64,000 nt of DNA, taken from Candidatus Poribacteria bacterium. GTDB taxonomy: Bacteria > Poribacteria > WGA-4E > WGA-3G. The stretch spans positions 1,120,001-1,184,000 of the forward strand of contig OZ243938.1 in assembly GCA_965214095.1 (NCBI GenBank). The letters run 5' to 3'. Below are positions 30,092 through 40,301 of the stretch, piece by piece. The notes beneath the pieces were generated by a model. That model saw only the letters and a list, made by a program, of their open reading frames with translations. It was not told where the DNA came from and did no database searches. Within the stretch, counting starts at the first letter, position 1. Every line of letters begins with the position of its first letter. A program made the translations under genes and the position numbers.

Positions 30092-31069
30092 ATGGCAAAA
30101 CCTAAAATCTTTATTACGCGTCCAATTCCAGAACTAGTTCTTGTTCAAATTCAATCGGAATGTGATGTTGATATGTGGCACACAAGTGCCATTCTACCAC
30201 CTATCGCTGAGAAGATACCACCTTTAGATGGATTGATGACGTATGGACATGAACCCGTTACTGCAGAAATGTTTGACACATCTCCCAATCTGAAAGTTGT
30301 ATCTGTTGTTGGCGTTGGTTATGACCATGTAGATGAAGATGCAGCCAGAAAACGCGGAATTGCTCTTGGACATACACCCGGTGTTCTCAGTGACACCACA
30401 GCTGATATGACATGGGCTCTCCTACTTGCTGTGGCTCGCAATGTTGTACCTGCCTATAACCACGTTCAGGTTGACAGGCAGTGGCACTATTATGATCCAA
30501 ACATACTTTGGGGTTATGATGTGCATCACGCAACGATTGGTATTGTTGGTATGGGACGTATCGGTTATGCAGTTGCAAAACGTGCCTTAGGATTCGATAT
30601 GAAAGTACTTTACAACAAACGGGAACGTAGGCATGATTGGGAGGAAGAACTCGGTATTGAATATGCAGAAATGGAACATCTACTCAAAGTTTCCGACTTT
30701 GTAACTCTTCATGTCCCTTTGACAGAAGAGACTACACAGATGATTGGGAAAGCGGAGTTTGAATTGATGAAGCCTACTGCGATTCTTGTCAATATCGCAA
30801 GAGGTCCTGTCGTGGATCACGATGCGTTGTATGTGGCACTTTCGGAAGGACAGATTGCTGGAGCTGCATTGGATGTCACCGAACCTGAACCAATTAACAC
30901 CGACCATCCTCTTCTTGATTTAGATAACTTACTCATTGCTCCGCATCTTGGTAGTGCGACTATTCAAACGCGAATGAAAATGGCAACGATGGCTATGGAA
31001 AACTTGTTTGCTGGGTTAAAGGGTGAACGATTGCCTTATGGGGTTGTGCAGCCGAGTGGCGTATCGTAA
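30092..31069 (+). CDS. Glyoxylate/hydroxypyruvate reductase (D-glycerate dehydrogenase)
   Basis: VGYDHVD, GIVGMGRIG, NIARGPVVD, LDVTEPEP, PHLGSAT. Confidence 0.88.
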   Translation: MAKPKIFITRPIPELVLVQIQSECDVDMWHTSAILPPIAEKIPPLDGLMTYGHEPVTAEMFDTSPNLKVVSVVGVGYDHVDEDAARKRGIALGHTPGVLSDTTADMTWALLLAVARNVVPAYNHVQVDRQWHYYDPNILWGYDVHHATIGIVGMGRIGYAVAKRALGFDMKVLYNKRERRHDWEEELGIEYAEMEHLLKVSDFVTLHVPLTEETTQMIGKAEFELMKPTAILVNIARGPVVDHDALYVALSEGQIAGAALDVTEPEPINTDHPLLDLDNLLIAPHLGSATIQTRMKMATMAMENLFAGLKGERLPYGVVQPSGVS

Positions 31070-31097
31070 ATTGAGTCATCTCAAATCAAAATATGTA

Positions 31098-31237
31098 TTA
31101 TAGTAAAAACCATAATTATTTACATATTACGGTAGGTTCGGTTTCCTAACCGAACCGGTGTTTGTTCAATCTCATAGATGTGGTTAGGAAACCGCATCTA
31201 CCGCGGAGTGTGCACGTATTTTTACATTTCACTATAA
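31098..31237. mobile_element. Miniature element, copy 1 (TTATAGT TIRs plus GTAG REP pair)
   Basis: Ends TTATAGTAAAA...TTTCACTATAA; inner GTAGGTTCGGTTTCCTAACCGAACC and GGTTAGGAAACCGCATCTAC; closely similar copy at 50652-50789. Confidence 0.88.
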
Positions 31238-31239
31238 GA

Positions 31240-31986
31240 TTAGGATAGTTTATTGATAAGCGAGGCACTATAGCCTGCCCCAAATCCGTTGTCTATGTTC
31301 ACAACGGTTACGCCAGAAGCACAACTATTTAGCATGCCGAGTAATGCCGCAAGTCCCCCGAAACTGGCACCATACCCCACGCTTGTCGGAACAGCGATTA
31401 CGGGTGTATCCACCAATCCTCCTATAACGCTGGGTAATGCACCTTCCATCCCTGCAATTACTATAATGACTCGAGCATTCAGAAGTTTCTCGTGATTTCC
31501 AATCAGCCTATGTAATCCTGCAACACCGACATCGTAAAGCCGTTCTGGTGGACAACCCATCATGAATGCAGTTTCGGCGGCTTCTTCTGCTACTGGTAAA
31601 TCGGAAGTTCCTGCAGAAACTATAAGAACACCTTCTTTTTCCTCTGAGGTGGTTTGCTTCACGGAGATTGTCCGTCCCAATTCATTGTATCGCACCTCTG
31701 GATGCAGTTCTTTAACACCTTCGTACATTGAAGGCGTAGCACGCGTCGCTAGCAACGGATGTCCTGCATTTAGGATACTTTCACTTATTTTTTTGACATG
31801 CTCATCTGTTTTCCCTTCACAAAAGATGACTTCAGGAAAACCTGTCCGAAGCTGCCGATGATGATCAATTTTGGAAAAACCGAGGTCTTCAAAAGGGAGG
31901 GTGCGGAGAGATTTCAGTGCATCACTCACTTCTATCTCTCCACTTTTGACCTTCTCAAGGAGAATGTTTAACTTTTCAACTTCCAT
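31240..31986 (-). CDS. larB: Nickel pincer cofactor biosynthesis protein LarB
   Basis: DHHRQLRTGFPEVIFCEGKT, AGTSDLPVAEEA, DVGVAGLHRL, AGMEGALPS, VVNIDNGFGA. Confidence 0.93.
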   Translation of the reverse strand: MEVEKLNILLEKVKSGEIEVSDALKSLRTLPFEDLGFSKIDHHRQLRTGFPEVIFCEGKTDEHVKKISESILNAGHPLLATRATPSMYEGVKELHPEVRYNELGRTISVKQTTSEEKEGVLIVSAGTSDLPVAEEAAETAFMMGCPPERLYDVGVAGLHRLIGNHEKLLNARVIIVIAGMEGALPSVIGGLVDTPVIAVPTSVGYGASFGGLAALLGMLNSCASGVTVVNIDNGFGAGYSASLINKLS

Positions 31987-32089
31987 ATTTGCTGAAACTG
32001 TGTCCAGAGAGTGTCAGAATAATTATGCTAAAACAAGAAAAATAATCGGTTTCTAAGTTGTACGTTTTCTCAAAGTCTACAACGTGAGT

Positions 32090-32500
32090 TTATGCTTCTT
32101 CTGATTCCTTCTTATTTGATTTCTTGTTTTCAGCAAGACCGGGAATTGTCTCAGTGATTTTACTGCGAACATCAGATGAAACTTTCTTGCCAGTTTCAAC
32201 TGCAGTTTTCACTTGATTCTTCGCGTCCTTAACACGTTCCTTGCTTACATCAACGAGTCCTTGAACACTTTCTTTTCCTTGTTCCACGATTTGCTGTACA
32301 TTCTCTTTTGCCGATTCAGATGCTTGTTGAGCGAATTCAAGTGTCTTGTCTTTTGCCTGTATAGATGTATCCCGTATTTTTTCTCGAGTTTCTTTTCCTG
32401 GTGCTGGTGCATAAAGCAGACTCAGCACTGCTCCCGTCAAAAAACCGGTGAAGAAGGCAAATATCATTGTCAATCCGTTATTGCGTCCATCATTACTCAT
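32090..32500 (-). CDS. YtxH domain protein
   Basis: TM helix followed by LLYAPAPGKETREKI. Confidence 0.85.
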   Translation of the reverse strand: MSNDGRNNGLTMIFAFFTGFLTGAVLSLLYAPAPGKETREKIRDTSIQAKDKTLEFAQQASESAKENVQQIVEQGKESVQGLVDVSKERVKDAKNQVKTAVETGKKVSSDVRSKITETIPGLAENKKSNKKESEEA

Positions 32501-32641
32501 GAGTTAATCCTTTCTATCAATAGATTTAAGAAATTATTTTTTTGACCATTTACTCTTGAAATGTAACAATACATTCCTATAGGTATATACGTCATTTTTC
32601 TAAAAACATTTACAATTAGTTGATTTTGGAATTGGTTTCTT

Positions 32642-33271
32642 TCAATTTTCTGCTATATTTTCTTCAGATTCCTCTGGTGGTACTTCGCTTTCTGTTTCAT
32701 CTGGTTCACGCTCCGGTTGAGATTCACTTTCTTCACCATTAGATTCCGATGTTTCGCTTGAATTAGATGGTTTATAAAATCTTCCCCAACCAGCCTTTAA
32801 CCCGTGCCACATACTAATAACATCTGCCAGAGAAACAGCAATTTGATTTCGGAAATATTCTGCTTGTTCTATGGTCTGACCAGAAAAAGTTGATACAGAA
32901 TTAACAAGCGATTCAAGTTGTTGTATGCTCTGATTCAACTTGTCCGACATCTCTTGAATATTATGTAACGTGGGTTGAATCTCATTCTCGCTAATCTGTT
33001 GAATTGATGCTGTGACACCGTTTAGGTTCTGTAACAATTCCGGCAATTCCTTATTTATTTCTTTCACTGTCTGCGTGACATCTGTAATAAGAATTCCAAC
33101 TTCTTGATTTACAAGATTCTCTGTAGAATTTAGCGTGTTCTGAATGCTGTTCAAAGACTTTCTTACACTACTCAGTGTCGCACATAGATAGATAAACAAA
33201 GCTGTTAAAGCGAGTAGTGCGATTCCAAGACTACATTGCCAGAAAATAGTTAGAATTGTACTTGCGTCCAT
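32642..33271 (-). CDS. DUF948-like membrane-anchored coiled-coil protein
   Basis: N-terminal TM plus heptad-rich helix; usual neighbour of YtxH. Confidence 0.65.
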   Translation of the reverse strand: MDASTILTIFWQCSLGIALLALTALFIYLCATLSSVRKSLNSIQNTLNSTENLVNQEVGILITDVTQTVKEINKELPELLQNLNGVTASIQQISENEIQPTLHNIQEMSDKLNQSIQQLESLVNSVSTFSGQTIEQAEYFRNQIAVSLADVISMWHGLKAGWGRFYKPSNSSETSESNGEESESQPEREPDETESEVPPEESEENIAEN

Positions 33272-33350
33272 TCGTATTATCCTCTCTTATGCTATAGCAT
33301 AATTGATATGTAGCATAAATATTCCATTGTTCAGATGAAAAACCTTTGTA

Positions 33351-36005
33351 TTATAAATGGTTCTCAATAATTTTGGTAGTAGCTGCAATTGCATCGTTGA
33401 CTTTATTTATGTCTTTTCCTCCACCTTGTGCCAATTCAGGACGACCACCACCGCGTCCATCTGCAATTTTTGTAATCTCCTGTATCAATTTACCAGCATT
33501 CAAGCCACGTTCTTTTACAAGATCAGATGTAACGCCAACGATAAAGGCTGCATCTTTTCCTAATACCGAAGCAAGCGCGACAACACCAGATTCCAATCGT
33601 GTTTTGAGTGTGTCTACCATCTGTCTGAGACTGTCTCTATCGGTTTTTTCTATACACGCCGCAACGACCTTGACACCATCAACAAGTGTTGCACCATCAA
33701 CTAATGAACCAATGTTTGAGAGTGCACTCTGGCTTTTCAACTTTTGTATTTCTTGTTCCAATTCACGCTGCTCTTGAAGTAATTGTTGTATTCTTTCTGA
33801 TAAACCGGATTTTGGTGTTTTTAGTATATTTGAGACATCGGATAGAATTATATCATCATCTTGGATAGTTGTGAGCGCATCACTTCCCGTAAATGCTTCA
33901 ACACGTCGGACACCTGCTGCAATACTGCTCTCACTGATCAATTTAACGTAACCGAGTTCACCTGTAGCATAGACGTGTGTGCCACCGCATAACTCAATAC
34001 TATATCCTCCTGCTTGCACTACCCTAACCATATCACCATATTTATCACCAAAGAACGCTAACGCGCCTTTTTCTTTTGCCTTATCCAGCGACATCTCGTT
34101 GATCTCAATTGTGTCGTTTTTTCGTACCTTCTCGTTAATGTAAGTCTCTATCTCCTGGAGTTGTTCCGTTGATACGGCTTCAAAGTGATTAAAATCAAAT
34201 CGTAATCTGCCAGACTGAACAAGCGATCCTGCTTGTGCTACGTGTGTGCCTAAGATACTTCTTAATCCACTGTGAAGCAGATGCGTAGCAGTATGACTTA
34301 CAGCAATTGCATTACGTCTATCACTATCAATTTGTGCTTTGACATTGGTAAATGGCGTAATTTCGCCTTCAAGAACTTTACATTTATGCACAAATAGATC
34401 TGGTGAAGGTTTGATTGTGTCAAGCACTGTGAGTTTTGCGTCAGAACTCTCAAGTAAGCCTATATCTCCAACCTGTCCACCTGATTCACCATAGAATGGT
34501 GTGTGTCTAAGCAGAACTGATACCTCATCATCTTGTTTTGCGCGTGCTACAGATTCAGAACCAGAAATCAATGTAACGATCTCTGTATCAATCATATAGT
34601 CAGTATATCCGACAAATCCTGTGCTACCCGTTTCTTTCAGCACTTCAGCATATAGTGAAACTTCATCGTCATTTACGCCGCTACCCGCAGCTTGCCATGC
34701 TGCTCTACCCCGTTCACGTTGTGCAGACATATTCTCGTCAAACCCAACTTCATCAACGGTGAAACCGCGTTCTCGTGTAAGCAGTTGTGTCAAATCAAGT
34801 GGAAAACCGAAAGTATCGTATAATTCAAAAGCACGTTTGCCATCAAGTTCAGTTTTACCTTCTGTATTTAGCGTACCAATAGACTGTTCAAGGATGTCTA
34901 ATCCACGTGCAAGCGTTTGATGAAAACGATTCTCCTCTGCTTGAATTGTGCGTGTAATAAAATCCTTTCGTGGTAATACGTCTGTGAAAACATCACCGAG
35001 TAAATCAATAACTTTATCAACGAGTCGGTATATGAATGGTTCATTCATATCCAGTTTTTTGCCATAGAGCACTGCGCGGCGTAAAATTCTACGTATCACG
35101 TATCCGCGTCCATCATTAGATGGCATGACTCCGTCACCGATTGTGAATGTCAAACAACGGATATGGTCTGCAATTACTCTATGTGGAAGTCCATCAATGT
35201 CATGACCGTAGTCCTTACCTGTCATATCAGAGATTGTTTCAAGTAGTGGAATAAATAAATCTGTTTTATAGTTAGAGTCAACGCCTTGTAGAATAGAAGT
35301 TATTCTTTCAAAACCCATGCCGGTGTCTACATGTGTAGCAGGGAGTGGGTCAAGCGTACCGTTCTGATCTCGATTATATTGAATAAAGACAAGATTCCAA
35401 AATTCACGAAATCGTTCGCTTGTATTGGGACCAGCATCAGGGTCATTTGCAGTTTCAGGGAACGCGTCTACGCCTAAATCAACAAATAGTTCACTACACG
35501 GCCCACAGGGACCGGTCTCACCCATTTCCCAGAAGTTATCCTTATCACATCGACGAATGCGTTCAAGCGGTAGATCAGTTTCCTGTAGCCAAAGCTTTTC
35601 TGCTTCGTCATCTTCAGTATACACAGTTGCCCAAAGCACTTCTGATGGAATTTTCCACAACTCTGTAACTAATTCCCATGCAAAAGCAATGGCTTCCTGT
35701 TTATAGTAATCCCCAAAAGACCAGTTTCCGAGCATCTCAAAAAAAGTGTGATGACTTGGCGAGTGTCCTACCTCTTCAAGGTCATTGTGTTTGCCACTAA
35801 CCCGTAAACATTTTTGTGTGTCTACAGCACGTTTAAATTCTCGTTGTCCAATACCAAGGAATACATCCTTGAATTGGTTCATTCCTGCATTCGTAAACAA
35901 TAAAGTTGGGTCATCGGCGGGAATTAAAGAGGCACTTGGAACGACTGTATGTCCCTTTGTTTTGAAATATTCTAAGAAACTTGCTCTGATTTCATCTGAT
36001 GTCAT
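33351..36005 (-). CDS. alaS: Alanine-tRNA ligase
   Basis: DPTLLFTNAGMNQFK, FEMLGNWSF, HTATHLLH, ELCGGTHV, GGGRPELAQGGG; start MTSDEIR. Confidence 0.98.
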   Translation of the reverse strand: MTSDEIRASFLEYFKTKGHTVVPSASLIPADDPTLLFTNAGMNQFKDVFLGIGQREFKRAVDTQKCLRVSGKHNDLEEVGHSPSHHTFFEMLGNWSFGDYYKQEAIAFAWELVTELWKIPSEVLWATVYTEDDEAEKLWLQETDLPLERIRRCDKDNFWEMGETGPCGPCSELFVDLGVDAFPETANDPDAGPNTSERFREFWNLVFIQYNRDQNGTLDPLPATHVDTGMGFERITSILQGVDSNYKTDLFIPLLETISDMTGKDYGHDIDGLPHRVIADHIRCLTFTIGDGVMPSNDGRGYVIRRILRRAVLYGKKLDMNEPFIYRLVDKVIDLLGDVFTDVLPRKDFITRTIQAEENRFHQTLARGLDILEQSIGTLNTEGKTELDGKRAFELYDTFGFPLDLTQLLTRERGFTVDEVGFDENMSAQRERGRAAWQAAGSGVNDDEVSLYAEVLKETGSTGFVGYTDYMIDTEIVTLISGSESVARAKQDDEVSVLLRHTPFYGESGGQVGDIGLLESSDAKLTVLDTIKPSPDLFVHKCKVLEGEITPFTNVKAQIDSDRRNAIAVSHTATHLLHSGLRSILGTHVAQAGSLVQSGRLRFDFNHFEAVSTEQLQEIETYINEKVRKNDTIEINEMSLDKAKEKGALAFFGDKYGDMVRVVQAGGYSIELCGGTHVYATGELGYVKLISESSIAAGVRRVEAFTGSDALTTIQDDDIILSDVSNILKTPKSGLSERIQQLLQEQRELEQEIQKLKSQSALSNIGSLVDGATLVDGVKVVAACIEKTDRDSLRQMVDTLKTRLESGVVALASVLGKDAAFIVGVTSDLVKERGLNAGKLIQEITKIADGRGGGRPELAQGGGKDINKVNDAIAATTKIIENHL

Positions 36006-36029
36006 ATTGACACATCTCCCATATACCCA

Positions 36030-36059
36030 ATTATAGTCTAATCTTAGTTTAGAAGTCAA
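36030..36059 (-). promoter_or_regulatory. Putative alaS promoter
   Basis: TTGACT-18 bp-TATAAT on the minus strand. Confidence 0.55.
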
Positions 36060-36089
36060 GAACAAAAGAATGTTTGTTCTGATTTTTAG

Positions 36090-36713
36090 TTAGAATACCT
36101 GATGAATTATCTTCAAGATCAACTCAGAATCGTATCCTCTACGAGCTAAATATCCATGTAATCTACGTTGTGCCACCTGATTAGTCAGATGTTTATATTT
36201 CTTTCCCTGTTTTTTTGCAATTTGAAGGGCTAATCTTGCTTCATCTTCAGCATTAACTTCATTTACCACCTGTTCTGCTGTTTTTCTGTCAACACCTTTT
36301 TCAATGAGTTCCATTTTAAGAAGTTTCTGTCCTCTGGGATTTGATTTTAGACGTCGTTGAACCCATTTCTCTGCAAACTGTCGATCACGTATGTGTCCAG
36401 ATTGAATTAATTCCGTTACGATTGTTTCTACTGTTTCATCACGAAACCCTTCTTTTGCAAGGTGCCGTGACATTTGTGATTTACTATATATTTCTTCTTG
36501 TAGCATTTCAAGGGCATACTTTTTAGCACGCATCATTTCTTCTGCTGTAATCAGTTTTTCAATAACTTCTGCTTCAATTTCTAAACCGATTCGCAATCCT
36601 AAATTTTCAACAAGCATTGTAGGAACAGATAGTTGATGTGTGTCATCTAAATATATCTTTAGGAGTGAGGAGTCATTTAATTGCGGTTGGATATCTGTTA
36701 TTTTCTGTTTCAT
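36090..36713 (-). CDS. recX: Regulatory protein RecX
   Basis: GHIRDRQFAEKWV, RGQKLLKMELIEKGV, YLARRGYD; recX-alaS synteny. Confidence 0.88.
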   Translation of the reverse strand: MKQKITDIQPQLNDSSLLKIYLDDTHQLSVPTMLVENLGLRIGLEIEAEVIEKLITAEEMMRAKKYALEMLQEEIYSKSQMSRHLAKEGFRDETVETIVTELIQSGHIRDRQFAEKWVQRRLKSNPRGQKLLKMELIEKGVDRKTAEQVVNEVNAEDEARLALQIAKKQGKKYKHLTNQVAQRRLHGYLARRGYDSELILKIIHQVF

Positions 36714-36732
36714 TCGTGCTGATTTCAAAATA

Positions 36733-36760
36733 TATGGGCAGATATAAGAATCCGCCCATA
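36733..36760 (-). terminator. Hairpin, possible terminator
   Basis: TATGGGC...GCCCATA stem followed on the minus strand by TATTTT. Confidence 0.4.
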
Positions 36761-36840
36761 GTCTGATTTTTAGGTATCGGTATAACTAACAATCCGAACT
36801 GAATATACAGAAACTCTATCTCTGTGATTATATTCAGTTA

Positions 36841-37470
36841 TTAGCTACCGTTAGAACCTGCCCATAAAGCACCGCGCTGTAGCAACGTGCTAAACATCTC
36901 ATGTTGGCATGCTGCAGGATCATGTCCAAGTGCAAGGTAGAATACTTTTCCTTCACCCCAATTCTTTGTCCATGCTACTGGCATAGCTCCACCTTTCCAC
37001 AAAGCAGAAGCAAGCACGTGATTACGCGGGTCGTAATCAAGGATGTATTGTTCATCTTTCACGACAAATTCGTCAAGTCCCTGTGTGATTTCATGCTCAT
37101 TGTCAACAATACTCACCTGATAATCCCTATAACGTGGATGTGTAGTAAAGTAACCACCAACCATAGAGCGATATTCAGGACAACCTCGAAATGAATCTGC
37201 GGCAGAATGGATACCGACATAACCTTTACCTGAAGCGACGTGGTTTAACAATCCATTTTTTTGCGCATCTGATATTTTACCCACCGTATAATAGAAAACG
37301 ATAAGATCATACGGATCTAAGTTCGGAGAAACCAATGCATCCAAATCGTCTTCAACAGTCGTCAGTTCAAATTCGTCTCGTTGTGAAAGTGATTTGACAA
37401 TTTCTTCACTGCATCCCTTCCAGTTATGAATTGCACCACCTGCAAAAACGAGTGTATTTATCTTTGCCAT
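36841..37470 (-). CDS. ThuA-like domain protein
   Basis: GKGYVGIHSAAD, GGYFTTHP, DEQY, WGEGKVFYLALGH. Confidence 0.88.
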   Translation of the reverse strand: MAKINTLVFAGGAIHNWKGCSEEIVKSLSQRDEFELTTVEDDLDALVSPNLDPYDLIVFYYTVGKISDAQKNGLLNHVASGKGYVGIHSAADSFRGCPEYRSMVGGYFTTHPRYRDYQVSIVDNEHEITQGLDEFVVKDEQYILDYDPRNHVLASALWKGGAMPVAWTKNWGEGKVFYLALGHDPAACQHEMFSTLLQRGALWAGSNGS

Positions 37471-37593
37471 TTGTAACCTCCTAATGAATTATATCCGAAT
37501 TATAACATACATCCATCAAAATTACAACTATAGACGTTTTAAAGGCAGAGGCATTCAATTGTCGATATTCGTTGTGTCCATTCATAATATATA

Positions 37594-37623
37594 AGATATA
37601 GCATGACTTCTCATGCTATATCT
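37594..37623. terminator. Perfect 13-bp hairpin downstream of the S55 gene
   Basis: AGATATAGCATGA-CTTC-TCATGCTATATCT. Confidence 0.5.
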
Positions 37624-37822
37624 GCTGGACTTTACCTCAAAGTTTATATTAGATTTTGCTCATGTCAAGAATGAGCGCGGACAGGAATTAAACCCATGTG
37701 GTTATTGTCTTCATTAAAGCAATAGCACTTAAATTATACATGAGCCAATCCGTTTTATGTGTCGTATTGCCTCATAACGTGAATTTGAGATAAGAAATCA
37801 GTTCTATCAACTGAAACCTTTG

Positions 37823-39598
37823 TCACTCTATAAAAATAAAGTCTGTGATTTCACCCGTAACAACGTACTCGTCGAGTATGAGTGTTTCTTCAACTTCTTC
37901 AAAAGTGTTATTACTGTCCAGCGTCAGTTTGATTGTTCCAGGTGCAGGTATTTCATCTTGCCGTGCGTCAATAAGCGCGTCTAGTGTTTGGGGGAGTTTT
38001 TCATCTTCAGCGTCGAAATCAAAATCAAAATCGAAGTCAAATTCAAGATCAAACAAATCAGCAGTTTCGGCTTCTACTTTCAGTGATACACCACCCGTTC
38101 CAAAATCGGATGGGACAAGAATCGATATGTCTTTTTCAAACGTCCGTTCATCTTCTTCGGCAATACTCCAATGCGGTAATAGCACGACCGTGAACGTCAC
38201 CCGTGTTCCCGTTTGAATGCCATCCGGCACCTTGACTTCTATAATCTCAGCTGACGCTATCTGCGGTTTGTCCATTATTTCAATAGATACCGACTTCAAA
38301 GTCGCCTTTCCCGCAGCATTTTTCAGCGGGTCTGTGAACTCGTTCACAGCGTAATTGAGATTTTCATAAATATCAAAAAACGGGTCGTTTGTAATATTTC
38401 GCCACCTTTGCGTGTAGGTTTTCTTCGTTTCCATAAACGATAGAATTATTTTTCCTTCTGATGTAGCACGCGTCCACTCTTGCCGGAGCGAGTCTGTTGA
38501 TGACGCAACAATAGGCGCAATTGCCCATTCTTGACCATAAGCGACTTTAGTTGTTGTCTTTATCGGTTTATCGCTATTGACCGGGTGATAAGATACATCA
38601 ACCGGTATCGTGTCTGGTGCTGCACCAAGTTCTCCGACAACCGCGGCACTCAAATCCTTCGTGAGTGTGCCAATCGGATCGCCATACGCAATTACAGATT
38701 TATAGGGATTTTGTAAGTTTGCAACAATACCTGCCGTCGTTGCCCGATAGACTGGTATTGAAATCTTGCCATCGTATCGAAGTGAATGCCCAAACGCCAC
38801 AAACGTGTCATCGGAATACACTTGTGTTACCGTGCCGTAAGCAATAACATCTACAACATCGCCTATAGCGATAGCAACGCCTATCATGTCACCAGCTTCT
38901 AAATTACCTGAAGCAGCAGGTGCGTTTGCAGGCGCACCCCCAATATCCGAAACGAAATCAATCGCATCAAATCGTGATGACTTCAGACGCTTGCGAATGT
39001 CTTCAATGCGACGCGGGTTTATACCACTGAAAACCAACGGTGTTTTGACAGCCTGCTGGCGCATCTGTACACCCGGTGCTCCTGGAGCCGCCATAAACTC
39101 ACCTAACGGAAGGTGATCTCGCGCAGCTTCCATTGCATCAATCGCAGTTGCCCAAAAACGATGCGGAGCTGTACCGAAATTCACACCATACGCCAACGCT
39201 CCCATCACGCGACCCGGCGGACCCACAGGACTGCCAGACATACCCGAAGCAATGCCACCGAGTTCTTCTATGATCGGGTCCGTCAACTCAAACTCATAGA
39301 GCGGAAAACCTAAATTAAAATCGCGTATCCCAAGATATTTTACTTTGATTGACACTTTATCTGTTCCATCAAGAACAGTGATAAGTTGATGCTCACTATT
39401 CAACGTTAAACCACGAGCTTCCGACTCATACATGCCCGTCAGAGACACTTCCGACAATATCGGTAATCCCGATTTACCCGAATCCGAACTCATATCATCC
39501 ACGACTTCTTCCGGCAGAGGCTCCGGTGCTTCATCGGAACCACAACCGAATTGAAATATGACAAAAATAACACTCAATAAACAAAGTATATGTTTCAT
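37823..39598 (-). CDS. SpoIVB peptidase S55-domain lipoprotein
   Basis: Lipobox QFGC; ASGMSGSPV...GALAYG; GTVT...FVAFGH. Confidence 0.82.
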   Translation of the reverse strand: MKHILCLLSVIFVIFQFGCGSDEAPEPLPEEVVDDMSSDSGKSGLPILSEVSLTGMYESEARGLTLNSEHQLITVLDGTDKVSIKVKYLGIRDFNLGFPLYEFELTDPIIEELGGIASGMSGSPVGPPGRVMGALAYGVNFGTAPHRFWATAIDAMEAARDHLPLGEFMAAPGAPGVQMRQQAVKTPLVFSGINPRRIEDIRKRLKSSRFDAIDFVSDIGGAPANAPAASGNLEAGDMIGVAIAIGDVVDVIAYGTVTQVYSDDTFVAFGHSLRYDGKISIPVYRATTAGIVANLQNPYKSVIAYGDPIGTLTKDLSAAVVGELGAAPDTIPVDVSYHPVNSDKPIKTTTKVAYGQEWAIAPIVASSTDSLRQEWTRATSEGKIILSFMETKKTYTQRWRNITNDPFFDIYENLNYAVNEFTDPLKNAAGKATLKSVSIEIMDKPQIASAEIIEVKVPDGIQTGTRVTFTVVLLPHWSIAEEDERTFEKDISILVPSDFGTGGVSLKVEAETADLFDLEFDFDFDFDFDAEDEKLPQTLDALIDARQDEIPAPGTIKLTLDSNNTFEEVEETLILDEYVVTGEITDFIFIE

Positions 39599-39640
39599 AA
39601 CAAATCTCCTTTTTAAATAAATATGAACTTGTTGCTTTAG

Positions 39641-39960
39641 TTAATCAAAAAGCGTAAAACCCCATCTCTCACAATCAGTATATTCGGTTCGTAAACACCG
39701 TCTCCATCCTCATTGAAAGAGAACTGACCTAAAATCGTATCATGGGTTTTGGATACGCGCCAGTGTGTCTCGTATGGACTGTGCGTCCGTATTTTCAGCT
39801 CTTTAATGCCTCAGAAACACATGGACACACGTATAAGTGACAGCGGCAAACGCGTTGGGTTCTGTGCCGTAAGTCTTTTGATACTGTGCGACACACTCAC
39901 GATTGCCGCTGGTTTCATCTGTTGGCAACCATCCCGTGAAAGTGATTGCCCTCAGCAGCA
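39641..39960 (-). pseudogene. Frameshifted 3' remnant of a LivJ-type ABC substrate-binding protein
   Basis: Manual translation across frameshifts: AAEG/AITFTGWLPTDETSGNRECVAQYQKTYGTEPNAFAAVTY.../AENTDAQSIRDTLARI/DTILGQFSFNEDGDGVYEPNILIVRDG...stop. Confidence 0.75.
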
Positions 39961-39994
39961 GTGCAGAAGCATTTAATTATCGATATTCTTTATC

Positions 39995-40034
39995 GTAGGA
40001 GGGGTTTCCAACCCTGATTTAACAACAAAATCAG
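39995..40034. repeat. GTAG-type REP remnant
   Basis: GTAGGAGGGGTTTCCAACCCTGATTT...AAATCAG. Confidence 0.5.
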
Positions 40035-40063
40035 TCGGCCTCGTGCAATTCACGCACCTATTT

Positions 40064-40301
40064 TAACCTAAGTTGCGACCTAATCAATATGTATGTTTAA
40101 TCTCACAAATATAATATTAAGACATATATATAATATCTTATAAAATAATATATTATGGTCTTAATATGAGTAATTATACACAAATTCAACAAATTTGTCA
40201 CATTTAATCTGTTTATGATTTCAAATTAACCATAATCCACATGATGCTTAAGCAAAGTGGTATCTGGACATCAATGATCTTTTAGGTAGCAACTTGGGTT
40301 A
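40064..40301. mobile_element. TIR-bounded miniature element containing a leftward promoter
   Basis: TAACCTAAGTTGCGACCTAA / TTAGGTAGCAACTTGGGTTA (18/20 IR); solo copy of the end at 8698-8717; GTGACA-17-TATAAT on the minus strand at 40201-40173. Confidence 0.7.

Noticed and set aside
31240-31986. larB as part of a lactate racemase system with the nearby 2-hydroxyacid dehydrogenases
   Set aside because: No larA/C/E in the window, and dispersed larB is common.
32090-33271. DUF948-YtxH pair as a novel system
   Set aside because: A widespread, well-known gene pair.
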